Below, piece after piece: positions 19,747-28,496 of a stretch of DNA of 64,000 nucleotides (positions are counted from its first letter, which is position 1; each line of letters starts with the position of its first letter). Source of the DNA: an uncultured virus (IMG/VR IMGVR_UViG_3300023274_000001) (Duplodnaviria > Heunggongvirae > Uroviricota > Caudoviricetes); IMG/VR virus record IMGVR_UViG_3300023274_000001, positions 96,001 through 160,000 of that record, one strand, 5' to 3'. The notes under the pieces were generated by a model. It had not been told where the DNA came from. It did no database searches and worked only from the letters and a program-made list of their open reading frames with translations. Made by a program: the position numbers and the translations under genes.

Positions 19747-20337
19747 ATGACCGAGATGGACGTGCTGGAGACGGCGGGCCGCTACCGGGTGCGCCTGGTG
19801 GTTCAGCAGGACTCGCAGGATTGCAACCCCCGGACCGAGCAGGACTGCAACCTGACGAACGTGATCACCCCGAAGGGTCAGCGGTACATCGACGTCGACA
19901 AGGACGGCGGCCCGCTGGCCGAGGGCTGGGAGCGGATCGAGGACTGGTACGTGGACGCGGTCCCGGTCTTCACCCGGTGGGCCAAGATCTTCCACGGCGC
20001 CACGGTCGTCGAGCACCGGCCGCACGACGGCGCCTGGTCCATCTGGTACGTGATGCCGGAGAAGCTGGCCGAGACCACGTGGACGGCCGAGAAGGTCATC
20101 GAGTCGGAGCAGGCCGAGTACCAGCGGTGGGCCGAGGGTGAGGTGTACGGCCACATCGTCGAGAAGGACGTGACTCGCATCCCCCGGGACGCCGAGGACC
20201 GGGAGGACCCCGAGCTGGACGACGAGACCAGCGAGTGGGAGCACGTCGACTCGTGCTGGGGCTACATCGGCCGGGAGTACGCCGAGGAGGCGGCCCGTGA
20301 GGCGTTCGTCCCGTACGCCGAGGAGGCCGGGAAGTGA
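19747..20337 (+). CDS. acidic phage protein
   Basis: YQRWAEGEVYG...DSCWGYIG motif typical of phage early proteins. Confidence 0.8.
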   Translation: MTEMDVLETAGRYRVRLVVQQDSQDCNPRTEQDCNLTNVITPKGQRYIDVDKDGGPLAEGWERIEDWYVDAVPVFTRWAKIFHGATVVEHRPHDGAWSIWYVMPEKLAETTWTAEKVIESEQAEYQRWAEGEVYGHIVEKDVTRIPRDAEDREDPELDDETSEWEHVDSCWGYIGREYAEEAAREAFVPYAEEAGK

Positions 20338-20642
20338 AGCGCGAGGTGCGGGAAGTCGCTCCGATGACCGTGACCCGGATCATCCGGGGCAGGCCGCCGG
20401 GACACATCGGACCGTACTGGTTCGGCTTCGACATCAAGGTGACCGGTCCGGCGGACGGGGCGTACGTGAGCGTTCGCGCCCGCGCCCTGGCCATGGCCGA
20501 CGCGAAGGCCCTGTGTGAAGAGGTGAACGCGCCGGACCTGGTGCTCCAGTTCGAACAGTCCGGCAACTGGAGTGACCCGAGGGAGTACGAGTGCACGATC
20601 AGCTTCGGTACGGGCCTTTCCGTGGAGGAGGACCCGCTGTGA
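20334..20642 (+). CDS. hypothetical protein
   Basis: GTGA overlap. Confidence 0.7.
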   Translation: MKREVREVAPMTVTRIIRGRPPGHIGPYWFGFDIKVTGPADGAYVSVRARALAMADAKALCEEVNAPDLVLQFEQSGNWSDPREYECTISFGTGLSVEEDPL

Positions 20643-20962
20643 GCGGTGACATGTGGACCCTGCCCGACGGGACTGAGATGGTCTACCAGGATGGTGATCA
20701 CGTCACCATCGACATCGACCCCGGTTCGTCGTCGGCCCTGCAACTGCCGTTCCTGAGCGGCTACGTGCGGGGGTACGACGCCACGATCGAGGACGACGGT
20801 CCGGCCAAGGTGGCGTACACGCTGTACAGCGTGGGGAACAACCCGCTGGTCGGCGTGCGGGAGGAACGACTGAAGAAGACGGTCGGCCGGTTCGGCATCG
20901 GCCACGGCCGGGGTGCGCACGGGGACGGCAAGGCGTGTCATCTGTGCGGTGCGAACCTCTGA
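20639..20962 (+). CDS. hypothetical protein
   Basis: GGAGGAGG RBS, overlap. Confidence 0.75.
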   Translation: MSGDMWTLPDGTEMVYQDGDHVTIDIDPGSSSALQLPFLSGYVRGYDATIEDDGPAKVAYTLYSVGNNPLVGVREERLKKTVGRFGIGHGRGAHGDGKACHLCGANL

Positions 20963-20964
20963 TC

Positions 20965-21016
20965 GGGAGGCGCCCTAGGGCGACCGGCTCCGGCCGGTCA
21001 CCCGGGAGTGCCGCTC
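20965..21016 (+). repeat. intergenic bulged hairpin, family B
   Basis: GGAGGCGCCCTAGG...CCGGGAGTGCCGCTC. Confidence 0.65.
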
Positions 21017-21041
21017 ACCAGAGCGGACGGAGAGGGAGAAG

Positions 21042-21389
21042 ATGCTGACGAGTGAGGGTCTGGCCGAGGGACGCGCCTGGGTGGCCACGCCGGAGGAGTA
21101 CGAGGAGAAGGTGCAGCCGCACGTCAGGCAGCGCAACGAGCGCCGCCTGCGGGGTTTCAACTTCGAGATCGTGATCGGCGGCCTGTGCCGGGACGGGGAC
21201 TTCGCGTACCCCTACCCGGGCTACTACGGCACCACGGCGCCGGTCGTGGGGCTGCGCCGGGACCAGGCCGAGCACCTGACGGCCGAGCTGCTGAAGAAGC
21301 TGGCCCCCGGCGGCGAACTGCCGACCGACGCGGCCGAGCTGCTGGACTTCGTGTCCACCGTGCTCCGCAACGGCTCCACCCCCGCCTGA
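21042..21389 (+). CDS. hypothetical protein
   Basis: RBS. Confidence 0.8.
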   Translation: MLTSEGLAEGRAWVATPEEYEEKVQPHVRQRNERRLRGFNFEIVIGGLCRDGDFAYPYPGYYGTTAPVVGLRRDQAEHLTAELLKKLAPGGELPTDAAELLDFVSTVLRNGSTPA

Positions 21390-21390
21390 C

Positions 21391-21442
21391 GGGAGGCGCC
21401 CCAGGGTTTCCGGCTGCGACCGGAGGCCCGAGAGCGCCGCTC
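21391..21442 (+). repeat. intergenic bulged hairpin, family B variant
   Basis: GGAGGCGCCCCAGG...CCGAGAGCGCCGCTC. Confidence 0.6.
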
Positions 21443-21476
21443 GTGAGCGGTGTGGACCGGAAGGGAGGTGATCGTG

Positions 21477-21545
21477 ATGAGCGACGACGAGTGGGAGAAG
21501 GCGGGCCGTGAGGCCGATGAGATCCTGCGTCGGCTGAACGGCTGA
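21477..21545 (+). CDS. 22-aa microprotein
   Basis: GGGAGGTGA RBS; MSDDEWEKAGREADEILRRLNG. Confidence 0.5.
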   Translation: MSDDEWEKAGREADEILRRLNG

Positions 21546-21607
21546 TCGCCGACCGCGCAGCACACCACGTGAGCACAGAGAACTGCAACCGGAAGATGGA
21601 GAAGAAC

Positions 21608-21736
21608 ATGACGCAGGAGACGCCCCAGACCCCGCCGGACATGATCAACGTGCCGGTCCCGGCCGACACCCCGCCGCCGGAGGCCATCGCGGTCACCCCG
21701 GAGAACGCGCAGCAGATGGACGCCGACAAGAAGTAG
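21608..21736 (+). CDS. 42-aa Pro-rich microprotein
   Basis: GGAGAAG RBS; MTQETPQTPPD... Confidence 0.5.
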   Translation: MTQETPQTPPDMINVPVPADTPPPEAIAVTPENAQQMDADKK

Positions 21737-21797
21737 CGGGCCGACGGCGCCGCTCGGGGCGGCCGGGAGACCGGCCGCCCCCTCGGAAGGGGGAGAC

Positions 21798-22166
21798 ATG
21801 CACGAACAGGACGTATGGCGGGTGCGGTTCACCCGGGAGCACGGGGAGCTGTTCTCGCAGACCCTGGAAGGGCTGATGACCTTCCGGTACGGGTCCAGCG
21901 GGACGTGGGCGGCGCATTCGGCCATGCTCCACTGGACCCGGGCGTGCGGGGTGCCGGGCAACGCCGAGAACTATCCGATGCAGTACCTGGTCGAGGCCAT
22001 CCGCATGAAGGACGGCGAGGAGATCGTCGCCGGTACGGCGACCGTCGTACGGGATTCCCTGAACGGGAAGTTCCTCAACGAGAACCAGGTCGACATTCTC
22101 CAGTTCACCACGGAGGGGACGCTGATCCGTACCCGGGAGAGCTGGACCGTAGCCGAAAGGCACTGA
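21798..22166 (+). CDS. hypothetical protein
   Basis: RBS. Confidence 0.8.
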   Translation: MHEQDVWRVRFTREHGELFSQTLEGLMTFRYGSSGTWAAHSAMLHWTRACGVPGNAENYPMQYLVEAIRMKDGEEIVAGTATVVRDSLNGKFLNENQVDILQFTTEGTLIRTRESWTVAERH

Positions 22167-22182
22167 AGGAAGGGAGTGGGGC

Positions 22183-22407
22183 ATGGCTCTCACGCTCACG
22201 AAGGAACCGGCGCCGGAGATCACCGGCCCGATCACGATCCGCTCCGAGTGGAACCACTCGTGCACGTCGCAGTGCCCGAACCCGTGCCCGGCATCGTCCC
22301 GCCTGGGATCGCCGATCATCACGGCCCGCATCCCGCAGCAGCCGGGGCCGCAGTCGCCCCCGCCGAAGGCTCCGAAGGTCCCGCAGCAGCCGGGCCCCCG
22401 GGACTGA
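22183..22407 (+). CDS. small Pro/Cys-rich protein
   Basis: RBS; PQQPGP repeated. Confidence 0.65.
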   Translation: MALTLTKEPAPEITGPITIRSEWNHSCTSQCPNPCPASSRLGSPIITARIPQQPGPQSPPPKAPKVPQQPGPRD

Positions 22408-22433
22408 AACCGAACCAGGAGAGGGAGAAGATC

Positions 22434-22877
22434 ATGGGCGAGTGGACGATGCACGGCAAGGTGTGGTCCGACGACGGCGACGTGGGCGGCGACACGCAGA
22501 TCGGGAAGGCGGCAAGCGTCCGGTTCGTGAACCCGGACTACCCCGGCGCGCGGGTCACGGTATATGCCTACGCGCACGCTCCCGAGCGGGCGATCGAGGC
22601 GAAGGTCGGTTCGATCGAGGTCCACATGGGCTACGACGCCGACCTGAGCAACCTCGGGATCGAGTCGCAGGTCTGGTTCGAGATCGACGACGACGCCGCC
22701 GGGGACGCCGACGAGTGGGATCCGACCTGGTCGGAGATCAAGTACGAGTCGCTGGACTCGTACATCGGCCCGGGTCCCGATGAGAAGCGGGTGGCCGTGG
22801 CCGAGGCGGCGGCGCTCGCATGGGTCCGGTCGTACGACCCCAAGAAGTTCATCAAGTGGGACGGCGAACGGTTCTGA
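22434..22877 (+). CDS. acidic hypothetical protein
   Basis: RBS. Confidence 0.8.
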   Translation: MGEWTMHGKVWSDDGDVGGDTQIGKAASVRFVNPDYPGARVTVYAYAHAPERAIEAKVGSIEVHMGYDADLSNLGIESQVWFEIDDDAAGDADEWDPTWSEIKYESLDSYIGPGPDEKRVAVAEAAALAWVRSYDPKKFIKWDGERF

Positions 22878-22952
22878 GCCGGTGCGTTCGGGGCGGCGGG
22901 AGCTACGGGTTCCCGCCGCCCAGTGCACATCGGACGGAAGGAGAGGGAGAGC

Positions 22953-23924
22953 GTGAAGACGATCAAGGATGCCGAACAGGTCACTCCGCAGCAGCTCACG
23001 GGCATGACCCCGACGCAGGTGGACGAGCTGTTCGCTGCCACCTGGGACCACCGGTACGAGCTGGTGGCGGACGTGTACGCCGCATGGAACGAGGTGCACT
23101 ACGCCGTCGGCGACCGCCGGATCAGCGCGCAGACGTGGCGCCTGGGTCACCAGGAAGTGCAGGACAAGGCAGCCGGGACCGAGCGGGGGCGCAAGGCGCT
23201 CGACCGGGTGAACCGGGCGAAGGGTGCGGTCGCCGAGCTGGACGGCACCGTACTGGCCAAGCTGGAGAACGAGTTCGGCCGCCGGAGCGGCTGGTCCCGG
23301 GCCTACCTGGTGACCGATGGCCACGTGCACAGCTCGATGCACTGCTCGTCGTGCAACCGGGGCGAGTTCCCGACCCGGTTCTTCTGGATGATCGACTACT
23401 CCGGGAAGAGCCACGCCGAGATCATCGAGGCCGCCGGGGAACGGGCCTGCACGATCTGCTACCCGGATGCCCCGGTCGCCCGCCGGGACAAGGGCGAGGC
23501 GGTGGCGGTGCCGAAGTCGGTGATGTTGACCTCCGAGGAGATCGAGCGCGCCGAGGCCAGGGAGGCGGAGGCCAAGCGCCGGGCGGAGAAGAAGGCCAAG
23601 GCCGCACTGAACGCCATCACGCAGCCTGACGGTACGCCCCTGCGGGACGAGGTGGACCGGGACGGCAGGCAGAAGGGCTCGGTCGTGAAGACCGTGCGCA
23701 CGGCCCGCAGCGAGCTGAAGCGGCAGTGCTGGTACGCGTACGCCTGGGGCGACGACGACGGCGCCCATGAGCGCAACGTTCAGCACCTGGGGCGGGCCGT
23801 GGCCTGGAAGGAGAACGGGCTGGAGATCGGGACCGAGCCGACCGCCGAGCAGATCGAAGCGGTGATCAAGCCGCTGCGGGACAAGGCCCACAAGGAAGTC
23901 GACAAGGCCCGAGCGGAGGGCTGA
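22953..23924 (+). CDS. phage protein with HVH..C..C / CTIC zinc motif
   Basis: GHVHSSMHCSSC...ACTICYP. Confidence 0.85.
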   Translation: MKTIKDAEQVTPQQLTGMTPTQVDELFAATWDHRYELVADVYAAWNEVHYAVGDRRISAQTWRLGHQEVQDKAAGTERGRKALDRVNRAKGAVAELDGTVLAKLENEFGRRSGWSRAYLVTDGHVHSSMHCSSCNRGEFPTRFFWMIDYSGKSHAEIIEAAGERACTICYPDAPVARRDKGEAVAVPKSVMLTSEEIERAEAREAEAKRRAEKKAKAALNAITQPDGTPLRDEVDRDGRQKGSVVKTVRTARSELKRQCWYAYAWGDDDGAHERNVQHLGRAVAWKENGLEIGTEPTAEQIEAVIKPLRDKAHKEVDKARAEG

Positions 23925-23928
23925 GGTC

Positions 23929-24135
23929 GTGGCGGAAGACTGGGCGCGGGAGATCGAGACCGGGGATCACTCACTCCGCGTGGGGCCCGAGGGCGTCACG
24001 CTGGACGGGCCTGGTGGCGTGGAAGAACTGACCCCGAAGGACATCGAGCGCCTGTACCAGGCGCTCGTCAACTACCGCTCACACAGCGGACTGGACTGGG
24101 AGTGGGCCCGTCAGGGCTCCGACTGGTGGAAGTAG
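23929..24135 (+). CDS. hypothetical protein
   Basis: Packed ORF. Confidence 0.7.
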   Translation: MAEDWAREIETGDHSLRVGPEGVTLDGPGGVEELTPKDIERLYQALVNYRSHSGLDWEWARQGSDWWK

Positions 24136-24147
24136 GAGAGGGAGAAG

Positions 24148-24684
24148 ATGAACGAGACCACCATGCGCCTCATTCACTGGATCTGGGGCGAGCCGAAGCT
24201 GGCCGAGTTCCTGCGTGGCATCGCCGAGGGGGAGGAGATCCCGCCGCACCACGAGGTGTTCGAGTACGGGGATGACCAGCTCGCCTGCTGGATCTCCGAC
24301 CTCGTCTTCCCGGAGGACCGCAGCCGGGGGATCAAGGCGTGGATCGACCTGGGCGGCAGCGACGAGCGGGCCGACGCCCTGTATGAGACGCTGACCGAGG
24401 GCCGCAAGACGCCCGCCGGTCGCCTGAAGTGGCTCGACGAGATGGACATCGGCCTGATCCGGGACGCCCTGCTGGGGCACCGGGGAGGCTCGGACATCTA
24501 CGTCCACTCCCTGGTCAAGCCCTACCACCCGAACAACACCTACCGGGTGCACGACTCCGGGACCGTGTACGAGCGAGGGTGGACGTCGGCCTCCGGCGCC
24601 TGGGGGCTGGCCGAGAAGGACCGCCAGATCTGCCCCCGTCCCACGGTCTCGCCGTGCGGGTGCACGGTGGTCCAGCGTGGCTGA
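24148..24684 (+). CDS. hypothetical protein
   Basis: RBS. Confidence 0.8.
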   Translation: MNETTMRLIHWIWGEPKLAEFLRGIAEGEEIPPHHEVFEYGDDQLACWISDLVFPEDRSRGIKAWIDLGGSDERADALYETLTEGRKTPAGRLKWLDEMDIGLIRDALLGHRGGSDIYVHSLVKPYHPNNTYRVHDSGTVYERGWTSASGAWGLAEKDRQICPRPTVSPCGCTVVQRG

Positions 24685-25021
24685 CCTGAGCTGCACCTGC
24701 GGTCCCGGCACTTCGGTCGCCGGGACCCGGCAGGAGATCATCGAGCAGCGGCTGGCCCCGCTCTTCGGACTCACGGTTCCCGAGGTTCATGCCCTGCTGG
24801 ACCTGCTGGACCGGGCGAACGAGGCCACGCTGGACATCCCGGACGACAAGCGGGACCCGGACGGCGGGGAAACCGAGCGGCAGATGGCCCGGGAATCCGG
24901 CCGCACCGAGGGCTGGATCAAGAACTTTCTGGCCGCGTGGGAGTTCACGGGTGACACCCTGGACCGGGAACTGCACGAGAAGCATGGCCCATGGGGCGGT
25001 CTCTTCGGCAAACAGTCCTGA
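24677..25021 (+). CDS. hypothetical protein
   Basis: Overlap, GC3 bias. Confidence 0.7.
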   Translation: MADLSCTCGPGTSVAGTRQEIIEQRLAPLFGLTVPEVHALLDLLDRANEATLDIPDDKRDPDGGETERQMARESGRTEGWIKNFLAAWEFTGDTLDRELHEKHGPWGGLFGKQS

Positions 25022-25036
25022 ACAACTGGAACTTCA

Positions 25037-25055
25037 CGGCCTAGGTCAGTAGTAT
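25037..25055 (+). promoter_or_regulatory. CCTAGG box followed by TAGTAT
   Basis: CGGCCTAGGTCAGTAGTAT. Confidence 0.6.
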
Positions 25056-25097
25056 TCGAGGGCCCCGGGAGAACCGGGGCCCGGGAGGAGAGACGGC

Positions 25098-25445
25098 ATG
25101 CAGCAGATGGACGAGTACCGGCGCACCGCCAAGTTCGTGGACGTGGTGGCCGGTGAGCCGGGTCAGGTGCACACGGTGTACCGCTTCCCGAACACGGAGC
25201 ACGGTCACGGCCGGGCGGTCGAGTACCGCAACGCCTACAACGAGTCCCTGCGCGAGGCGATGGGGATCCCGAAGGCCGACCTGGAGCTGGAGAGCCCCGA
25301 CTGGGGTCAGCGCCGGGACGAGTATGACCGGGCCGAGAAGGTCGAGTCGTACCGGTACAACCAGGCGGGACTTTCGTACGTGCACCCGCCCAAGCTGATC
25401 GGGCCGGACGACCCGATGCCGACCGACTACCCGCACGAGTTCTGA
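25098..25445 (+). CDS. hypothetical protein
   Basis: RBS. Confidence 0.8.
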   Translation: MQQMDEYRRTAKFVDVVAGEPGQVHTVYRFPNTEHGHGRAVEYRNAYNESLREAMGIPKADLELESPDWGQRRDEYDRAEKVESYRYNQAGLSYVHPPKLIGPDDPMPTDYPHEF

Positions 25446-25456
25446 GGAGATCCGGG

Positions 25457-25765
25457 ATGGCCGAGCTGACCCGTGACACCACGCACTACATCGTCCATTC
25501 CACGGTCGTCGACCCGGGACCGAACTCCACCTTCGGCACCTCTCCCCCGTACTCGGGTGAGCGGGCACTGGAGCGAGCCGTGAAGGCGGCCCATGCGGAG
25601 CTGGCCGGGCGCCGCCGGGCGTTCGTGACGGCCCGGGACGGCGAGAGCCGGATCCTCGCCGTGATCCCGGTCGTGGACTACCCGGTCTTCGGGGACACGC
25701 ACGTCCCCGAGAACGCGCAGGACGCCATCACGGCCCTCTTCGAGGGGCTGGACTGGACGATCTGA
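25457..25765 (+). CDS. hypothetical protein
   Basis: GAGGAG RBS. Confidence 0.8.
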   Translation: MAELTRDTTHYIVHSTVVDPGPNSTFGTSPPYSGERALERAVKAAHAELAGRRRAFVTARDGESRILAVIPVVDYPVFGDTHVPENAQDAITALFEGLDWTI

Positions 25766-25837
25766 CACGGACGAAACCGGGCCCCTGGGAAGGGCTCCCG
25801 GTAGGCGGAACAGGACCGCCCTGACGAGTCCCGTCAG
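25762..25837 (+). ncRNA. type II hammerhead ribozyme
   Basis: GGAC-GAAA-CCGGG..CCCGG-UA-GGCGG..CCGCC-CUGACGA-GUCC; full core and three stems. Confidence 0.92.
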
Positions 25838-25852
25838 TACGGAGAGGAGAAG

Positions 25853-26173
25853 GTGAACGTGAATGCCGAGCTGCCCAGGTCGATCGAAACGGTGACTCTC
25901 GCCGACATGCCGGTGGGGATGACCGCCTACACCGTGCCCTGGGCCATGTATGCGGACCAGGACAGGAAGTTGTGGCTCGACCCCAACTTCACCTTCGAGA
26001 AGCGCCCGGGTGGCACCGTGCAGATGCGAGTCACACGCATCGACGAGGGATTCCAGGTGGGCTACGTACCCGGGGAGACGTACGAACCTGGAAGCGGTCG
26101 CGCCTCCGGCAAGGACGGCCTGCCCGTCATCGCGCTGACCGGGGCGCCCGAGCCCGACGACGCGAACGCCTGA
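25853..26173 (+). CDS. hypothetical protein
   Basis: RBS directly after ribozyme. Confidence 0.8.
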   Translation: MNVNAELPRSIETVTLADMPVGMTAYTVPWAMYADQDRKLWLDPNFTFEKRPGGTVQMRVTRIDEGFQVGYVPGETYEPGSGRASGKDGLPVIALTGAPEPDDANA

Positions 26174-26199
26174 CCAGCAAATACGGATCGGAGAAGAAC

Positions 26200-26556
26200 A
26201 TGCCGGTGAGCTACACCTTCACGAAGGCTGACGGGACCGAGCAGGACCCCGCCGCTGACCTGACCCCGGTACAGCAGGCGTTTCTGGCCCTGAGCGAGAT
26301 GGGGATCGGGATCCCCCGGCTGGACCGCAGCACGCTGGACGAGTGCGTGCGCCGCGCGGACCTGTTGCAGGCGTACGTCGGCATCGTGTGGCGCAACGGT
26401 GACGGGACGCCCCGGATCTTCACCCGGGCCGACTTCACCGAGCTGCTGCCCGGCGCCCGCACGAACTGGACGGCCCGCAGCAAGCGGGACTTCGACCAGG
26501 CCATGAAGAAGGAGATCGACGCGTACTGGAACAGCGTCGACAGCCGCAAGAAGTAG
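26200..26556 (+). CDS. hypothetical protein, paralog of 35556-35891
   Basis: GIPRLD...DECVRRADL. Confidence 0.8.
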   Translation: MPVSYTFTKADGTEQDPAADLTPVQQAFLALSEMGIGIPRLDRSTLDECVRRADLLQAYVGIVWRNGDGTPRIFTRADFTELLPGARTNWTARSKRDFDQAMKKEIDAYWNSVDSRKK

Positions 26557-26565
26557 GAGGACGGC

Positions 26566-27012
26566 ATGCCCCGGTGGCGGTACGACCTGGACCAGGTGAT
26601 CCGGGTGATGGACCAGGTGATCGACAAGGAACCCGAGCGGATCGACCGGCGGGCCGAGGGGCGCCTGGGCTGCGTGTACGCCGAGCACGGGGCGGCGGCC
26701 TGCCTGGTGGGCGAGATGCTGGTGGCCCTCGGGATCGAGGTTCGCACCCTGCGGGGGCTCGACCGGGAGGGTAAGTACATCCACGAGTCGGAGCACCCGT
26801 TCTGGCGCCGGTTCCAGCCGGAGGCCCGGGATCTCCTGTCGTACCTGCAACGGCAGAACGACGCCTCGTGGACCTGGGCGAAGGCCCGGGAGCGGGCGTT
26901 CACCGTCAATCGCAGGTGGTTCGAAGAGGGACCCGAGTCCCGCTACTACCACCGGGCGTTCCCGGGCGCCTGGGTGACCGCCGAGAACTATCGCAAGATC
27001 ACGAAGTACTGA
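26566..27012 (+). CDS. hypothetical protein
   Basis: CVY...CLVG motif. Confidence 0.8.
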   Translation: MPRWRYDLDQVIRVMDQVIDKEPERIDRRAEGRLGCVYAEHGAAACLVGEMLVALGIEVRTLRGLDREGKYIHESEHPFWRRFQPEARDLLSYLQRQNDASWTWAKARERAFTVNRRWFEEGPESRYYHRAFPGAWVTAENYRKITKY

Positions 27013-27026
27013 GGAGAGGGAAGAAC

Positions 27027-27476
27027 GTGGACAGCTTCACGAACGTGGCCGCCGACGCGGTGACGGCGCACGAGAACGGGACATACCGGAAGGGCGCCAA
27101 CGCCGCCGCCGATCACGTGGTCGAGGCGGTCAGGAAGTACGGCAAGTGGGCGGTGCTCGCCGCCTCCGAGCTGATCAAGCTCGACCCGGACGACGCCTTC
27201 GAGGACATCCCGGCCGACAAGGTCATGGAGTTCATGGAGGAGAACTACCTGCACTCCGGGGCCACCGTCGCCCACGCGCTGGAGACCTACGCCAAGGACG
27301 CCGGGGACCACACCGAGCTGGGCCGCCTGTACGACGCGCTCGACAAGGCGGGCGGCGTGGACCGCTTCGACTGGGGCTCTTATGCCGACGACGGCATGAC
27401 CCCGACGATCGGCCTGCACTTCGTCGTGATGCCGGTCCCGGCGGGCGAGTCCGGCACCTTCATCTTCGGGAGCTGA
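27027..27476 (+). CDS. ArdA-like acidic protein
   Basis: EFMEENY...RFDWGSYADD resembles the ArdA C-terminal YFDxExYARD motif. Confidence 0.55.
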   Translation: MDSFTNVAADAVTAHENGTYRKGANAAADHVVEAVRKYGKWAVLAASELIKLDPDDAFEDIPADKVMEFMEENYLHSGATVAHALETYAKDAGDHTELGRLYDALDKAGGVDRFDWGSYADDGMTPTIGLHFVVMPVPAGESGTFIFGS

Positions 27477-27479
27477 GCC

Positions 27480-27791
27480 ATGTCCTGGGAATCCAACCGG
27501 GAAGTGATCCGGACCTGCCTCGCGGAAGCGATGAAGGGCAAGGCCGGAGCGAACGGTCCCGGAACCCTGCGGGAGGTGCGCGGCAAGAACGACTCGGACA
27601 CCTGGTTCACGATCATCGGGACCTGGCGCCTGTACGCCCGCTTCCTCGCCGCCGTGGCCGCCGAGAGCGCGCAGACGGCGCACATCCTGGACTTCAACAT
27701 GGTCCCCGGTGACCCCGGGGACGGGAGCGGCGAGATGGAGTTCTTCTTCGTCGGCTGCCGCCTCGCGGACTTCGAGAAGAGGGGGAGCTGA
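27480..27791 (+). CDS. hypothetical protein
   Basis: Packed ORF. Confidence 0.75.
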   Translation: MSWESNREVIRTCLAEAMKGKAGANGPGTLREVRGKNDSDTWFTIIGTWRLYARFLAAVAAESAQTAHILDFNMVPGDPGDGSGEMEFFFVGCRLADFEKRGS

Positions 27792-27795
27792 CCAC

Positions 27796-28212
27796 ATGGT
27801 CAACGGCGGTGACATGCTCGACTGGTGGACGGTTCCGGGTGCCCGCTGGGGTGTGCGGAACGTGGACTTCAAGGTCGAGCTGAAGCGGGACGGGGTGGCC
27901 AGCCCGGTCCTGCTGGAGGGGTACAGCGAGGAAGACCTGGCCGCGTTCGACGGCGGTGACTGGCAGTTCGTCATCGTCCGCGTGGTGCCGGTGGACCGGG
28001 ACCTCACGGACCTGGTGAGCGCCGAGCGGTTCATCCGGGGTGTGGACTGGGGCGACCTGCCGCAGGGCCGCATCGACCGGGAGGATGTGACCGACGCGCA
28101 GGCGAAGGAGCTGGCCATCGAGTCGGTCCGGGCGCTGCGCAGCTTCGGGGTCACCGTCGAGACGGAACGGGACAGCGAGTTCGCGATCCCGCGCGTTACG
28201 GCTCCGTTCTGA
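27796..28212 (+). CDS. hypothetical protein
   Basis: RBS. Confidence 0.75.
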   Translation: MVNGGDMLDWWTVPGARWGVRNVDFKVELKRDGVASPVLLEGYSEEDLAAFDGGDWQFVIVRVVPVDRDLTDLVSAERFIRGVDWGDLPQGRIDREDVTDAQAKELAIESVRALRSFGVTVETERDSEFAIPRVTAPF

Positions 28213-28286
28213 ACGAGCCCTGTGGGGCCCTCGCCGAGGGCCCCGTGGAGTCCGGTTCAGCCGGTGAAAACGGAAGGGAGAAGAGG

Positions 28287-28496
28287 ATGCTCACATTGGT
28301 GCTGTGCTTTCCGGCGCAGGGGAGGATGCCCCGGGGCGAGCTGCGGATCTCCGCCAGTCACGTCCCGCAACTCGGCTCGACCATCAACACGCCGAGCCCC
28401 CGATTCGGTACCTGGAAGGTGAATCACATCGGCCAGGACACGGACGGGACCACCCTGAGCGACACGGTGTTCCTCTACCTGGAGGAGACGGACTGA
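28287..28496 (+). CDS. hypothetical protein
   Basis: RBS. Confidence 0.75.
   Translation: MLTLVLCFPAQGRMPRGELRISASHVPQLGSTINTPSPRFGTWKVNHIGQDTDGTTLSDTVFLYLEETD

Noticed and set aside
8030-21442. Intergenic repeats as a CRISPR array or integron attC sites
   Set aside because: No regular repeat-spacer period, no cas or integrase gene, no GTTRRRY/RYYYAAC cores
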